The notes under the pieces were generated by a model. It did not search any database, was not told the origin of the DNA, and worked only from the letters and a program-made list of their open reading frames with translations. Positions 18,220-30,547 of a stretch of 64,000 nucleotides of DNA are shown piece after piece (the stretch's first letter is position 1; each line of letters starts with the position of its first letter). This stretch comes from an uncultured delta proteobacterium (GTDB taxonomy: Bacteria > Desulfobacterota > Desulfobacteria > Desulfobacterales > JAHEIW01). The stretch is from contig CAVPNL010000014.1 of assembly GCA_963706575.1 (NCBI GenBank), forward strand, positions 32,001 to 96,000, given 5' to 3'. The position numbers and the translations under genes are program-made.

Positions 18220-19452
18220 TTAGACAAACAGCGTCTTCGTCTCTCGCATCAATTGCCCTATCGGCAATTTGCGGGGGCAAGACCTTTCTGCCTCACCGAA
18301 GTCCAGTCGGGTCAGAAGCTCTTTTGTCCGAGCCGGCAAACTTTCGAAGGTAGATCGTGCCAACCCATGATCCTGGTAGGAATGGAAGTACATGAGGCAG
18401 CGCATGACATCGCCGATAGGCACCCTTTCGGGCAGCACGTCTGAGCAGAGACGCTCGCATCCGGCACAGTAGTCGGCGCTGGTTTCCCTGGCATATCGGG
18501 CCAGTAGGGCATGATCTGACTTTGATAGGCGGGTTTGGTCCACTGCCGCCGCTGCGTTTGTCGCCATAATGGTGAGGTTAGGCATTTGTGAACAGATGCT
18601 GGCGATACGCTCATCCTGCCAGACCGCCATGAGTTTTGCCTGATTGTCCGAAAATCCTTTTTGAATAAATCGGCCCGCCATTTTAATCTCGTCATCACTG
18701 TCGCTTTTGACCGGACCACCGCCCTGGGTCTTCATTGCCGTGAGACCGATACCGGCTCGGTTACAGGCCTGAACAGCATCTTTCATGCGAGGCTCATGCA
18801 TCAGACGATAATTGTAAGTAAACATGATGCCGTCTATCCATGGAAGCTTGGCTGCTCCCTCGAGGCACTCTTCCATGTTGGAATGTGTGCTGAAGCCGAA
18901 TAACTTTATCTTGCCGGCCTTTTTCATGGCTTGTGCCCAAGATTTTAGACTGGAATCCATCTCACTTATGCCACGGATTCCATGGACAAAGAATAGGTCC
19001 ACATAATCCGTGTGCAGCCTTTTGAGACACGCTTCCAGCCGAGGCGTAAAATCGCCACCTCTTCTCTTGGAAAGTTTGGTTACCAGAAAAACTTGCTTGC
19101 GGGTATGGGGGTTGCGGGCGAACCAGCGACCGATGCCCTCTTCGCTGCGGCCCCTGCCGTAACCCTCTGCTGTATCCCAGTAGTTGATCCCCCAATCAAG
19201 CGCCTTTGCGAGCGCCAACCGGTTGTTTAGAATGTCGAACATCCCGCCCAGTGAAAGGGTGGAGACCATTGTGCCCGAACGGCCAAAGGGTCTGCGGGGC
19301 ACTGGTGCCTTGGGAATGGTTATCTGGGCCGAAGTCTGGCTGGGCCGCCAGATAGAGGAACCCCCCACTGTGGCCCCCAGTCCGATAGCTGCAGTTTTTT
19401 TGAAGAAGTCGCGGCGATTGAGTTTTCCATCTTTATCTCCAGTGAATGACAT
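18220..19452 (-). CDS. Aldo/keto reductase with Tat-like signal and C-terminal Cys cluster
   Basis: NRRDFFK, WDTAEGYG, GFSTH, CAGCERLC. Confidence 0.88.
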   Translation of the reverse strand: MSFTGDKDGKLNRRDFFKKTAAIGLGATVGGSSIWRPSQTSAQITIPKAPVPRRPFGRSGTMVSTLSLGGMFDILNNRLALAKALDWGINYWDTAEGYGRGRSEEGIGRWFARNPHTRKQVFLVTKLSKRRGGDFTPRLEACLKRLHTDYVDLFFVHGIRGISEMDSSLKSWAQAMKKAGKIKLFGFSTHSNMEECLEGAAKLPWIDGIMFTYNYRLMHEPRMKDAVQACNRAGIGLTAMKTQGGGPVKSDSDDEIKMAGRFIQKGFSDNQAKLMAVWQDERIASICSQMPNLTIMATNAAAAVDQTRLSKSDHALLARYARETSADYCAGCERLCSDVLPERVPIGDVMRCLMYFHSYQDHGLARSTFESLPARTKELLTRLDFGEAERSCPRKLPIGQLMRETKTLFV

Positions 19453-19476
19453 GATGCATCTCTCCTTAGATATAGG

Positions 19477-20115
19477 CTAATTGGTGTCGGCGGCCGAACC
19501 AAGCCAGCGACCCGTGCTAAGGTCGAAAACCGGCTGGAATTTGTATCTGTTCAAGATTACGTCCTCAGGGGACGCTAAGCTGATATTTCCTTTCTCTATA
19601 AAGAAACGACTCTCCGCCTTAATTTTAAGGCCCTGGCTAAGGGCGCGCTCGAGCATACTTTGAGTTTTTCCGTAATAACCTTCAGCCTTGCCCCCATGAT
19701 ATGCGCGCCTGGCAGCGAACCACTCCCCGGCGCTTTCATAGGGCAGAATCACAAAAACCCAATATTCGGTGCGCTCAGGTGAAACAGCCTCCAGGAACAA
19801 TGAATATTCCGGGGTCGTACCGTCTGCCGAGGCCCGCTCGAGGCGTTTCAATTCCAGGTCCTCGATCAACCATGTTGTTTTGCCGCCCATAGCCCGAACG
19901 AAATCCTGCACCGGTCCGAAAACGTAACCTGGATTCCTTTCCCGAGCAATGAAATATCCTTCTAAAAACCAGGCGGGAGGCGCATAGATCAGGAGTCCGT
20001 TCTGTTGTCTAAACGACTGGGTAGAATCTTCGGCATCAGCCGTAAAAGTGATCATCAGGCTGACCAGCATGATTATTGATGCCGCCAGCGACCATTTGTT
20101 CAACCTTTTCAACAT
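19477..20115 (-). CDS. Hypothetical exported protein
   Basis: Signal peptide ending ADA; start ATG 20115 after GAGG. Confidence 0.65.
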   Translation of the reverse strand: MLKRLNKWSLAASIIMLVSLMITFTADAEDSTQSFRQQNGLLIYAPPAWFLEGYFIARERNPGYVFGPVQDFVRAMGGKTTWLIEDLELKRLERASADGTTPEYSLFLEAVSPERTEYWVFVILPYESAGEWFAARRAYHGGKAEGYYGKTQSMLERALSQGLKIKAESRFFIEKGNISLASPEDVILNRYKFQPVFDLSTGRWLGSAADTN

Positions 20116-20147
20116 AATTCCACCTCTCATTTGCAGATTTTTTTTGA

Positions 20148-23100
20148 TCACTTGCGACTCTCTTTCGGGTCGGGATGAAACAATGAATAAACAACCGGGA
20201 TCAGTACCAGCGTAATCAGCGTCGATCCGGTAAGGCCTCCGACAACCGCGCGTGCCAGCGGGGCCTGGGCGTCGGACCCCTCGCCGATGCCCAGTGCCAG
20301 CGGCATCAGGCCGAGGATGGTGGTCAAGGTCGTCATCAGAATCGGCCGCAATCTGCGACGACCGGCCTCGGTCAGCGCATCGTGCGTGCGCATCCCGTCG
20401 CGAACCAAACGACCGGCCTGGTCCACCAGGAGTATTGCGTTGTTGACCACGATCCCGCCCAGCATAATGCAGCCGATGTAAGATTGCACATTAAGCGTCG
20501 TTGTTGTCAAAAACAACGTCACCAGCACGCCGACCGCTGCCAAAGGGACCGAAAACATGACAACCAGCGGATCCCGAAACGATTCATATTGACAGGCCAG
20601 TACCATATACACGAGGATCAATGCCAGCACCAGAGAGATGACCAATTCCCTGAAGGCTTTTTGCTGTTCTTCGAAATTACCGGCAACCGCCAGATCATAA
20701 CCGACGGGGCGTGGAATTTGATCCAGCAGGACCTGGACGTCTGCGGCCACTGAACCCAGATCGCGCCCCGCGACGTTGGCGCGGACCGCCACCATTCGCT
20801 GCTGGTCTTTGCGATCGATCAGAATCGGACCCCGGCTCCGCTCATATGCGACGACATTGCGCAGCGCCACTTTTTCACCGGATGCGGTTGTCAGCGTAAG
20901 GTTGAGAATTTCGTTTAAGGAGCGTTTCTCGGCATCCTTGAGCTGAACCAGAATGCGATAGGAATTTCCCCCCGCACGGTATTCGCCGGCTTTGGAACCG
21001 GCCACCGCGGTTTGCAAAAGCTGGGTAACGTCGCGAACGCTCAAACCGAGATCGGCGACCTTGGCGCGGTTCACGCGAATTTCCTGCTGGGGTATGCCGG
21101 CTTCGAGACTGGTCTGAACGTCGGTGATGCCTGCTACATCCACAATCGATTTTGCAACACTCGCGGCCAGAGCATCAAGCGTGGCAAGCTCGTAGCCGCG
21201 GATCTCGACGCTCAGCCCCTCGTCACCGCCCAGGATCCGTTCCAGTAAAAACTGACCCTGCGGTGCCCGGACCCGGATCTCCATACCCGGGACACTGCCG
21301 CCCAATCGAAGACGCAGGTCTCTGGCAATTTCCACATTGGAGCGTTCGCGTTGGGCGGCCGGCAGCAGAGACATGCGTATTTCACCCTCCGAGCCCGCGT
21401 CAGCCCGCCAACCGGAGGCACCCACACTGACCACCGACGCCACTGTTTCGGGCACGGCCGGCTCGACGATTTGCTCCATTATGCGTGTCTGCCGATCGAC
21501 CAGCTCGAGCCGGGTGCCGATTTCCATTTTACCGGCTACGCGAACCTCGCCCTCATCGCTGGGAGGCAGAAATTCACTGCCGATCAGGGGCAAGAGCAGC
21601 AGGCTTGCGCCGAGCACGGCAGCAGCCGCAAAGACGGTGACCAGACGATGCCTCAAGACCCAACGCAACAAATCCAGGTAAGCGTTTTCGAGACCCGCAA
21701 AGACGGTCTTGGCCGCGGCGGACCAGCGCTTCGTTTGAGCCGACGGCGTCTTGAGGGGCTGCCGGCTTGATGTCAAGAGTTTGGACGCCAGCATGGGCAC
21801 CAGGCTCAGCGCCAGCGTCAATGAACAGATCAGCGCAAAAATGATCACATACGCCAGTTCCTTGAAGAGGATGCCCGAGACGCCGCGCACAAAAATCAAC
21901 GGCAGAAAAATGACCAGCGTTGTTATGGTGCTGGCGATGATTGCCGGCCCGACTTCCCGGGCCCCTTCCACCGATGCTTTCTCGGGCGCTTCGCCATTCT
22001 CGCTGTGGCGGCGGAAGATGTTTTCGAGCACGACGATGGAACTGTCGACCATCATGCCCACCCCCAGGGCCAACCCGCCCAGGGTCATCAGATTGAGCGT
22101 GAATCCCCCGAAAAATATTAACGCAAATGTGGTCACGATTGAGATCGGGATCGACACAGAAATCACCAGCGTGCTTGGGATGCTGCGCAGGAAAAACAGC
22201 AAAACCACGATCGCCAGCGCGCCCCCGTAAAGAACCGAGCGGGCGACGTTGGCGATTGAGCGCTCGATAAAGTTCCCCTGGTTGATGACCGGAACAATTT
22301 TGATCTGAGGAAAATCCTTATTGACCGCTTTAATCTCAGCCAGGACGCGCCTGGACACCTCGACTGTATTGGCATTGGCCTGTTTGCGAATTGCCACGCG
22401 CAGCCCGCGCCCACCGTTGACGCGTACGATGCGCGTCAGCTTCTCATAGGTGTCTTTGACGTCAGCGACCTGGCCCAGCGTTATGGCGGCACCGTCGCGC
22501 CGCACGATTACCGTGTTGCGAATCTGATCGAGGCTGATAAACTCGGCCGGCGCTCGGAGCATGACCTCATAGCGTCCCTGCTCGATTTTGCCTGCCGGAA
22601 GATCGAGATTGGCGTCTTGGATGGCCTCGATCACCCGATCCAACGGCAGCCCAATGGCCTTGATTCGGTCCGGATCCAGTTCGATCCGAACCTCGCGGTT
22701 GAAGCCGCCCCAAGCGTCAACCTGTGCGACACCCGGAATGCGGGCAAAGCGGTAACGGATCTGGACTTCAATCAGTTCCGTAAGTTCCACGGGATCGAGA
22801 GTGCTGGAAATTCCCAAAAGTACGACCGGAAAACTGGCGATGTCGAATTTGCGGATGCGGGGCCGGACGATATCATCCGGCAGCTCGTTGATCTCGTCTT
22901 CCAGTTTGCCCTGAACGTCAATTGCCGCAGTGTCGATTTCCGTCCCCCACACGAAACTGACACGAACCGTGCTTCGGCCCTCTGAGGATGTCGATGTGAT
23001 TTCCTCTACGCCCGGCACAGTGGCAACAATCTCTTCAATAATCTGAGTCACCAGTCGCTCCATAACTTCAGGGCTGGCACCTTCATAATTGGTTCTGATG

Positions 23101-23237
23101 GTGAGCGTCGGCAGTTCGATGTTGGGCAGCATGTCAATCTGCAGCCTGCTCAGAGAGACGGCCCCGAGGATGACCAGGATCAGGGTCACCATAGTCGTGA
23201 AAATCGGGCGCTTGACACTAAAGCTCGGCAGATTCAT
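20148..23237 (-). CDS. RND efflux permease (AcrB/AcrD/AcrF family)
   Basis: [29 protein letters not shown]; 1029 aa. Confidence 0.96.
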   Translation of the reverse strand: MNLPSFSVKRPIFTTMVTLILVILGAVSLSRLQIDMLPNIELPTLTIRTNYEGASPEVMERLVTQIIEEIVATVPGVEEITSTSSEGRSTVRVSFVWGTEIDTAAIDVQGKLEDEINELPDDIVRPRIRKFDIASFPVVLLGISSTLDPVELTELIEVQIRYRFARIPGVAQVDAWGGFNREVRIELDPDRIKAIGLPLDRVIEAIQDANLDLPAGKIEQGRYEVMLRAPAEFISLDQIRNTVIVRRDGAAITLGQVADVKDTYEKLTRIVRVNGGRGLRVAIRKQANANTVEVSRRVLAEIKAVNKDFPQIKIVPVINQGNFIERSIANVARSVLYGGALAIVVLLFFLRSIPSTLVISVSIPISIVTTFALIFFGGFTLNLMTLGGLALGVGMMVDSSIVVLENIFRRHSENGEAPEKASVEGAREVGPAIIASTITTLVIFLPLIFVRGVSGILFKELAYVIIFALICSLTLALSLVPMLASKLLTSSRQPLKTPSAQTKRWSAAAKTVFAGLENAYLDLLRWVLRHRLVTVFAAAAVLGASLLLLPLIGSEFLPPSDEGEVRVAGKMEIGTRLELVDRQTRIMEQIVEPAVPETVASVVSVGASGWRADAGSEGEIRMSLLPAAQRERSNVEIARDLRLRLGGSVPGMEIRVRAPQGQFLLERILGGDEGLSVEIRGYELATLDALAASVAKSIVDVAGITDVQTSLEAGIPQQEIRVNRAKVADLGLSVRDVTQLLQTAVAGSKAGEYRAGGNSYRILVQLKDAEKRSLNEILNLTLTTASGEKVALRNVVAYERSRGPILIDRKDQQRMVAVRANVAGRDLGSVAADVQVLLDQIPRPVGYDLAVAGNFEEQQKAFRELVISLVLALILVYMVLACQYESFRDPLVVMFSVPLAAVGVLVTLFLTTTTLNVQSYIGCIMLGGIVVNNAILLVDQAGRLVRDGMRTHDALTEAGRRRLRPILMTTLTTILGLMPLALGIGEGSDAQAPLARAVVGGLTGSTLITLVLIPVVYSLFHPDPKESRK

Positions 23238-24451
23238 TGGGATTGAACCTTTTCGTGGTCGACAGTCGTTTTGGTTTGCTCGTCAGGAATATTGATTGCG
23301 GAGCCGTCGTCTACCAGTTGCTGCCCCAGGGTGACGACCCGACCGGACAACAGCCCATCGCTTTCCACCTGCACCCGGTCGCCTGCACGGATGCCCACTT
23401 TTACTTCGCGCCAGGCTACCGATCGCCCATCTTCACTGACAATGAAAACACCGTTACGGTCATCGCGTATGGTCAAGGCTTGCTCCGGAACGATGGTGGC
23501 CTGCGGCACCCGGGCCAATGCCACCGTGGCCCGGATGAACATGCCGGGTTTGAGTCGATGCTGGGGATTGTCGATGGTCATTTCGATCCGCGCCTGCCGG
23601 GTACTCTTGCGGAAGACGGGAGCAATGCGATCGATGCGACCCTTATATTGTTCGCCTGGATAGGCGTCCGTTGTTAACGAAACGAGCTGACCGGGTTTTA
23701 GGTATGCGTAGTCCCTCTCGGTGACGAAAACCACCCCGACGATGGGATGAAGTTCAACAATCAAGAGCAGCGGCGCATTGGCGGCGACGGTCTGGCCTTC
23801 GTCCACATAGCGCTCTGCAACGAGGCGTTGCTCGTTGCCGCCGGTCCAGCCCGCTGTTACCTTGGTGTAGCCGAGCCGGATATTTGCGGTTTCCAGCGAT
23901 GATTCGGCCTTTGTTACCTCGGCCGCAGAAACTTTAAGTTGCGCCTGCTTTGCCAGTTGCTCCTGCCTGGCAGCGTCGAATTCAGAATCAGATGCAATCC
24001 CGCGCTTTAAAAGTGACTCGGTGCGTTTAAATTCGCGATTTGCAATTTCCAGGGCGCTTTTGGCTTCGGACAGCTTGGCTCGGGCCACTTCCAGATCGGC
24101 CCGGGCCTGGGCTACCGCCTGGACGTATTCATCATTATCCAGCTCGGCAACCACCTGACCGCGCTCTACCGTGTCGGGGATATTCACCAATACACGCTCC
24201 ACGCGGCCACTGACTTTGGGCGCAACAACAAACTCTGCCAGAGCTTCCAACTCCCCGCTAAATGTTCGCTGCAACTCGATCGGCCCGCGCTGAATCTGAG
24301 CCACTTCCACCGGCACCGCTCGCGAAACCTGACCGCTTTTGCGCGAGCCGCCCCGGTCCTGATATTGACCCAAAATTACCCAGACTAAGCCTACCGCTAA
24401 GCCAATCAGAACAATTGTCAGGACAAACGTTTTGGTGCTGCCCGATTTCAT
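23234..24451 (-). CDS. RND periplasmic adaptor subunit
   Basis: PKVSGRV lipoyl-like halves, LKPGMF. Confidence 0.93.
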   Translation of the reverse strand: MKSGSTKTFVLTIVLIGLAVGLVWVILGQYQDRGGSRKSGQVSRAVPVEVAQIQRGPIELQRTFSGELEALAEFVVAPKVSGRVERVLVNIPDTVERGQVVAELDNDEYVQAVAQARADLEVARAKLSEAKSALEIANREFKRTESLLKRGIASDSEFDAARQEQLAKQAQLKVSAAEVTKAESSLETANIRLGYTKVTAGWTGGNEQRLVAERYVDEGQTVAANAPLLLIVELHPIVGVVFVTERDYAYLKPGQLVSLTTDAYPGEQYKGRIDRIAPVFRKSTRQARIEMTIDNPQHRLKPGMFIRATVALARVPQATIVPEQALTIRDDRNGVFIVSEDGRSVAWREVKVGIRAGDRVQVESDGLLSGRVVTLGQQLVDDGSAINIPDEQTKTTVDHEKVQSQ

Positions 24452-24771
24452 GCTTAACTCGCCTTTCGATTGTTATAAAATAGGGGTTTTGCCTTAAATA
24501 TGCGTTGCTTGACTTGGTGGAGGCAACATTGCACCTTTATGGTTGATATTGCAACGGAAAAAATGAATATTCAATGCGTTTAAGCGGCTTTCTGTCAAAG
24601 CAGTTTTTCGCCCTCAAGCATTTGGAAAGACGTGTCTAATGTTAAGAGCAGTTTTCAGTTGTCAGCGTGAGGTAAAAAACTATATAGTCTAGCAAATGCG
24701 GTTTAAAAACACCTAACAATCGAACCCAACCGACCGCCATCGGGCGAGATTGGGCTGCGAGAGGAACTGAT

Positions 24772-26406
24772 ATGATGTTTGCAGGATGTTATTTTCGTCT
24801 GCTGGAGTTCCTTGCCATATGCGGTTTGTTGCTGGTGTCGGCATCCTGTACGCTGGTCGAGCAACGGATTGACCGCACGGCCGGAGGGCCGAATGTACCT
24901 GCCGATACAGCGGTGCACATGGGCTTGGAGTCCACTGAGCAACCCGAAGAGACTGCCGTGCGAACGGTGCCGCCGGGGCCATTGAAAGTTACCATCACCG
25001 AAGCCATTTTGCTTTGCCTTGAGAACAACCGCTCGCTTGTGGTGCAACGATTAAATCCCTCGATCCAGCAAACCGCTGAGGACCTGGAAAGAGCTGTTTT
25101 TGATCCGGCAACAAACGCGGAAGCCTTCGCCGGCACGCTGAAAGGAGAACGCCTCGCCAGATCCGGATCTGAAACCGAGGATTTTGACACCAATGTTGTC
25201 GACGGCGTCATTTCTCTGGAGCAGTATTTTCCGACCGGCACAACGGTTTCCCTGGAAGCCAGCAGCCAAATGGATGATTCTTCTCTTTACGATTCCAATT
25301 TTTATTCGACCCGTTTGGGCATAACGATTACCCAGGCCCTGCTGCGAGGTTACGGAACGGATGTGAATCTGGCCCAACTGCGGCAGGCGCGCCTGGATAC
25401 GCGCATGTCGGAATTCGAATTGCGGGGCTTTACCGAATTTCTGGTAGCGGAGGTAGAACGTACCTACTGGGACTATGCCCTGGCGCGGCGTCAGATCGAA
25501 ATCGTTGAGGAGTCACTAAAAGTCGCCCGTCAGCAACTCAATGAAACCAAACAATTGATCGCCGTCGGCCGCTTGGCCAAGGCAGAATTGGCGGCCGTCC
25601 AGGCCGAGGTTGCGGCACAGGAGCAGGCACTCATAGAAGCCCGGGCCAACAAGGAATCGATTCGCCTGCAACTGCTGCGGTTGCTCAATCCTGCGGGGCC
25701 TGGAATCTGGCAGCGGGAAGTTGATTTAATCTATCAGTCGACCTTGCCCGAAATCAAACTGGAAGACGTTGAACTGCATGTAGCCGTATCGATGCGCATG
25801 CGCCCGGTTTTAAACGAAGCCCGGCTGGAAATATTACGCGACGATCTGGAGCTTGTCAAAACCCAAAACGGCTTGCTGCCTTTAATGGATCTTTTCATCA
25901 CGCTTGGCAAAAGCGGTTATGCAGATTCCTTTGGCGAATCTATCAATAATATTAAAGAAGACAAGTATGACGCCCTGGGGGGCGTCCGATTTAATTATCC
26001 AATTTTTAATCGGGATGCAAAAGCCCTTCACCGGCGAGCGAAACTGACTCAGGAACAGGCGCAAAAAGCGCTGGAGAATCTTTCACAGCTTGTGGAAGTC
26101 GACGTCCGCATCGCCTACATCGAGGTCAACCGTACCAAGCAGCAGATTGCCGCCTCATCGGCCACCCGCATGTTCGATGAGGAAAAACTCCGGACTGAAA
26201 CCGAAAAACTGCGCGTGGGAAAATCAACCAGCTTTCTTGTGGCTCAAGCCCAGCGGGATCTTTTGGTAAGCCGCATCGCTGAGGTGCGGGCCCTTGCCAA
26301 CTACCTCAAGGCATTAATCGATCTTTACCGGCAGGACGGATCGCTGCTCGAGCGCCGTAGAATTTCTGCCCCCGGACGGGAACCGGTCAAACTTTCAAAA
26401 AAATAA
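24772..26406 (+). CDS. TolC family outer membrane efflux protein
   Basis: Lipobox-like SASC, two OEP repeats, divergent from the RND operon. Confidence 0.9.
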   Translation: MMFAGCYFRLLEFLAICGLLLVSASCTLVEQRIDRTAGGPNVPADTAVHMGLESTEQPEETAVRTVPPGPLKVTITEAILLCLENNRSLVVQRLNPSIQQTAEDLERAVFDPATNAEAFAGTLKGERLARSGSETEDFDTNVVDGVISLEQYFPTGTTVSLEASSQMDDSSLYDSNFYSTRLGITITQALLRGYGTDVNLAQLRQARLDTRMSEFELRGFTEFLVAEVERTYWDYALARRQIEIVEESLKVARQQLNETKQLIAVGRLAKAELAAVQAEVAAQEQALIEARANKESIRLQLLRLLNPAGPGIWQREVDLIYQSTLPEIKLEDVELHVAVSMRMRPVLNEARLEILRDDLELVKTQNGLLPLMDLFITLGKSGYADSFGESINNIKEDKYDALGGVRFNYPIFNRDAKALHRRAKLTQEQAQKALENLSQLVEVDVRIAYIEVNRTKQQIAASSATRMFDEEKLRTETEKLRVGKSTSFLVAQAQRDLLVSRIAEVRALANYLKALIDLYRQDGSLLERRRISAPGREPVKLSKK

Positions 26407-26415
26407 AAATTTGTC

Positions 26416-26446
26416 TAGAAGTGGTTTCAAAACCTCAGATCAGGTT
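26416..26446. mobile_element. Truncated left end of the ERIC-like MITE
   Basis: TAGAAGTGGTTTCAAAACCTCAGATCAGGTT matches the left end of the other copies; followed by a different hairpin. Confidence 0.75.
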
Positions 26447-26588
26447 TCCCGCTTGAACGCGGGATTACACGCCTTGATTTTAATAAATTAATGTGTGCAT
26501 CAAGTCCAGCGGGATTACTTCAAAGCCATGGAGGTGGAGTGACCTTTAGATTAGAGAATGATCAGTGAGGTTTTTGAAGGCTGTCGGG

Positions 26589-26921
26589 CTAAGGATCCTT
26601 TTTTTCGGTCTTTTCAAGAATTCGATTGAGCGTGGCGTTAATCGCCAGAAGGGCGTGTTTAATATCATTTAATTGATGCATGAGGGACTCCTGGCTGCCG
26701 GGGTTGGTGGTGGCGGTGGTTGAGGTGCGGGTTCCGATTTTGCGGGAAATATCGTCCAATCGGATGCCCAGGGTAACAATAAAATAGAGCAGAAGAACAA
26801 AGGCAAAGTTTTCCTCGCGCCAGTACAGCACCCGCCAGCCCACAACTAGAATGACCAAAAAAACAGCACTGGTCAAAAAATAGGGATGATCGACGACCCA
26901 TTTTTTTATTTTATCTATCAT
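26589..26921 (-). CDS. Hypothetical membrane protein (2 TM + coiled coil)
   Basis: Directly abuts the pfkB stop; two hydrophobic segments. Confidence 0.7.
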   Translation of the reverse strand: MIDKIKKWVVDHPYFLTSAVFLVILVVGWRVLYWREENFAFVLLLYFIVTLGIRLDDISRKIGTRTSTTATTNPGSQESLMHQLNDIKHALLAINATLNRILEKTEKKDP

Positions 26922-27830
26922 CTAGTTTCCGCTCTTCTGATGTTTTTTGAGAAATGCGGCAAGATCCTGCGCTGTTGGTATGGCCGGGCGCGCACCATAC
27001 TTGGTGCAACACTGGGCAGCGACTGCACTGGCATAGGTCAGCAGGTCGCGCCAGGGCTTGCCGTATGCCAACCCGGCTGCAAAAGCACCGTGGAAAGCAT
27101 CACCGGCGCCGGTGGTATCCACCGCATCAATGGAAAATGCCGGCAAGCTGCCGCTGCCATCCTCATTTTTCCAGACGAGTCCCGCTTCGCCCAGGGTTAT
27201 GACAACTGCAGGACTATGTTGGCCCAATTTTAAAGCGGCCTGTTGCGGATCTTCTTTGCCGGTACACTCACGCGCAAATTTTTGCGAAACGACTGCGTAA
27301 TCCACCTGTCCCAATAATTTCAGGGAACCCCTGTGAACCGATCCGGCATCGAGGACGGTTGATATCCCCCGGTCTTTAATGGCCTTCATTAGCGCCAGAG
27401 AAACTTCAGGCTCATGGCCGTCAAACAAAATCACCTGCGGATACCATCTCGATAAATCCATGCTGTCCGCCGGCAAAGGCGCGGTCTCGCCTTTGTAGTT
27501 CACCACCGTGCGCCTTCCATCCGGTTTAACCAAAATTGCCGAAAGCGGTGTCGGTGAATCACCGCGAACAACTAAATCGGTATTTACCTCCGCCTGGTTC
27601 AATTCCTCTAAATGCCGCTGACCATAAAAATCGTTGCCCAAATATCCGGCAAAAGCAGATTTGAGACCCAGACGCGAAACCGTCACCGCCGCATTCGCCG
27701 CCGGCCCGCCACCGCAACTGATGAACTTCTCCGCAAAGGTCTTTTCGTCTGCATCCGGGTGATGATCAACAGCAAATACCAGGTCATAGGAAGCATGCCC
27801 GACACAGAGTACATCCACATTGGTTTTCAC
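26922..27830 (-). CDS. PfkB family carbohydrate kinase
   Basis: GGPAANAA, DTTGAGDAF. Confidence 0.93.
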   Translation of the reverse strand: MKTNVDVLCVGHASYDLVFAVDHHPDADEKTFAEKFISCGGGPAANAAVTVSRLGLKSAFAGYLGNDFYGQRHLEELNQAEVNTDLVVRGDSPTPLSAILVKPDGRRTVVNYKGETAPLPADSMDLSRWYPQVILFDGHEPEVSLALMKAIKDRGISTVLDAGSVHRGSLKLLGQVDYAVVSQKFARECTGKEDPQQAALKLGQHSPAVVITLGEAGLVWKNEDGSGSLPAFSIDAVDTTGAGDAFHGAFAAGLAYGKPWRDLLTYASAVAAQCCTKYGARPAIPTAQDLAAFLKKHQKSGN

Positions 27831-27850
27831 TTTAAACTCATAGAATCGAT

Positions 27851-29587
27851 CTATGACTTTTTAAGTTCCTCGTCCCTGAGTACACGCCGGAGCACCTTGC
27901 CCACATTGGAGACCGGTAGACTTTCGCGGAATTCAACCTGCTTTGGCCGCTTGTAACCGGCCATGTTCTCTTTGCTAAATTCCTTAATTTCTTCTTCGGT
28001 GGCCGTTTCTCCAGGCTTGAGCTGAATAAAGGCTTTGACGGCCTCTCCGCTTTTTTCATCCGGCGCTCCGATCACAGCGGCCAGCTCCACTTTGGGATGT
28101 TGAAAAAGAATATCTTCCACATCCCGCGGATAGACATTAAAGCCGCCGACTAAAATCAGGTCCTTTTTACGGTCGGTCACCAGGATATAGCCTTCTTCAT
28201 CGACATGACCGATGTCGCCGGTTAAAAAATATTTTTTCCCATCGATTTCGCGGAACACTTCCTCGGTTTCTTCAGGACGATTCCAGTAGCCCTGCATCAC
28301 CTGGGGACCACAGATGGCAATTTCACCATCTTCACCCTGGGACAGCTCTTTGGTTGCAGTTTCAATATCCAGAATTTTAATGTCGGTGCCGGGTACCGGA
28401 AAGCCGATCGAACCAATTTTTCGCTGGCCCGTATTGGTGGGATTTGAAGTTGCCACCGGGGTGGTTTCGCTCAAGCCATAGCCTTCAAATATGACGGCAC
28501 CGGTCTTTTCCTCAAATTGTTTACAGACTTCCGGCGGCAAAGGCGCGCCACCGGAAAAACAACCCATCAATGAGGTTAGATCAAACTTCTCCAGGAGCGC
28601 GTGGTTGGTAAAAGCCACAAAAATGGTCGGCACCGCCGGCATGACGGTGGGTTTGTGCTTCTGCACGATTTTCAGAACTTCGGTAAAGGGCGGATTGCCG
28701 GCCCTGGGATCGGGGACACAAATAATCGCACTGCCGGTTCCACAGGCTGACAACATCGCCACGGTCAAACCAAAGCTATGGTACCAGGGCAGAACCCCCA
28801 GGTAAGTATGGAATCCCCCTGGTCTTAATTTTTCCGGCTTTCCCCCGGGTTCATGCACCAAACGCCCCCATTCTTCCAGGGCCATCAGATTGGAGGTAAA
28901 GTTGGTGTGTGCCAGGGCTGCTCCTTTGGGAACCCCCGTGGTTCCACCGGTATATATGATTAAGGCCAGATCTTTAGCCGGATTAATTTCGACTTCCGGC
29001 GGCCGGGGCTGGGCACCGGCGACCACATCATCAAAAAAAAGATGACCCGGCTGGTAGTTTCCGGCTTTCGGTATTTTCCCTAAAAGCCCCCCGATAAAGG
29101 CTTTGATCGGCGGCAGGTAGGATTTGACCCCGCAGACAACGACCGTCTCAATGTCTGTGTCTTTAATTGCTTCGACGGTGGTGGGATAAAACTGAGGGTG
29201 ATCCATGCAAAAGACCGCTTTGGCCCCGGCATCATTCAACTGGTAATTGAGCTCATTTGCCGTGTAGAGGGGATTGCAGGTAACGCACACGGCTCCGGCT
29301 TTTAAAATACCGAAAAATATGGCCGGATAGTGCGGCAAATTGGGCAGGAAAATGGCCACACGGTCTCCTTTTTGAATGCCGCGTGAGGCCAGAAAATTGG
29401 CGATGCGATCTGCCGTATCTTTGACCTGAGCATAGGTGCGGGTGGCATCGTTGAAAATCGTGTATACCTGATTGGGGTAATTGCTGGCAGACTCATCAAG
29501 TATGGAATACAGAGGTTTTTCATATCCGGTAATTTCGTGGGGTACGTCTTCCGGCCAATTGGGTGCCGGCCAGGTTGTGGCTGCCAT
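27851..29587 (-). CDS. fadD: Long-chain-fatty-acid--CoA ligase
   Basis: YTGGTTGVPKG, EGYGLSE, TGDIG, GKVLRR. Confidence 0.93.
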   Translation of the reverse strand: MAATTWPAPNWPEDVPHEITGYEKPLYSILDESASNYPNQVYTIFNDATRTYAQVKDTADRIANFLASRGIQKGDRVAIFLPNLPHYPAIFFGILKAGAVCVTCNPLYTANELNYQLNDAGAKAVFCMDHPQFYPTTVEAIKDTDIETVVVCGVKSYLPPIKAFIGGLLGKIPKAGNYQPGHLFFDDVVAGAQPRPPEVEINPAKDLALIIYTGGTTGVPKGAALAHTNFTSNLMALEEWGRLVHEPGGKPEKLRPGGFHTYLGVLPWYHSFGLTVAMLSACGTGSAIICVPDPRAGNPPFTEVLKIVQKHKPTVMPAVPTIFVAFTNHALLEKFDLTSLMGCFSGGAPLPPEVCKQFEEKTGAVIFEGYGLSETTPVATSNPTNTGQRKIGSIGFPVPGTDIKILDIETATKELSQGEDGEIAICGPQVMQGYWNRPEETEEVFREIDGKKYFLTGDIGHVDEEGYILVTDRKKDLILVGGFNVYPRDVEDILFQHPKVELAAVIGAPDEKSGEAVKAFIQLKPGETATEEEIKEFSKENMAGYKRPKQVEFRESLPVSNVGKVLRRVLRDEELKKS

Positions 29588-29764
29588 ATGAACCTCCTTT
29601 GGTTATTGGTTGCTAAAAACACCTCCTTCAAGATCAATCATTCTCAAAGCTTATAGTGAATTGCGTCCTGGGTGTCAAACAAGAAAGCACGAATCGTTTA
29701 TTAAGATGGCGACACAAAGATTTAAACCCGAACAGGAATCTGTGAATTCTTGGTAGAAGGAAGG

Positions 29765-30523
29765 TTAGAAATAGGCAGAGAATTCCGTTTTGATCACGTC
29801 AAAAAGCTCTTGGCCGATCGACAGACCCAGATCAATAAATTGCGGGCCATATTTTTGGCCGGTGGTGGTTCTGAATGTGGTTTTAATGCTCTCGATTTTT
29901 TCCATTCCCTGGGGATAGCCGTCAATGAATTTTGTGAGCGGCGGGTTAAAATAGGATACCATGTCCCAGAGGGTATCATGGAAATTATCCGGGCCCCAGC
30001 GGAATTTGTCCGCGTCATAAAGACAATTGGAGATCAGCTCCCCCTCGGGTGAATTGGCATCAACAGGCGCTTTAAAGGCCTCATGATTTTGGATGGCATT
30101 GGAGATATGGTTAATTTCTTCAACCGAAAACGGATATTTTTTGAGCATTTTCTTCGCATGCACAGCGGCGTGGGAGGAGTGGTCCTTTTTTTTGCGTTGG
30201 ACATCATGCAGCAAGCCGGCGACCTGGGCCAAACAAACCAGACGCGAAAGCGGGTCTTCGTCATAACCGCTCTGGCGGGCTTCGATCACCATTAATGTGC
30301 CCGCATCGTGAGACACCTTGACTGCATGCATCAGACCGTGTCCAAAATCATCCTCCAGGGTTGCGGCTACGAATGAGAGCAGTTTTTTGATGACACGGTC
30401 GCCGTCAAAAAACTGCCTGGAGGCCTCATAGTCAAGAGAATGATCGTGATAGAAATCCGGGGCGGGATGGCGTAAAATGATCTGGCGGGCTCGCTTACGA
30501 ATTTGATGATAAATTGGCTGCAT
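29765..30523 (-). CDS. HD domain protein
   Basis: GHGLMH, GLLHD, NHE, LYDAD. Confidence 0.85.
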   Translation of the reverse strand: MQPIYHQIRKRARQIILRHPAPDFYHDHSLDYEASRQFFDGDRVIKKLLSFVAATLEDDFGHGLMHAVKVSHDAGTLMVIEARQSGYDEDPLSRLVCLAQVAGLLHDVQRKKKDHSSHAAVHAKKMLKKYPFSVEEINHISNAIQNHEAFKAPVDANSPEGELISNCLYDADKFRWGPDNFHDTLWDMVSYFNPPLTKFIDGYPQGMEKIESIKTTFRTTTGQKYGPQFIDLGLSIGQELFDVIKTEFSAYF

Positions 30524-30547
30524 GTGTGGGAATGCTGGAGCTATCCT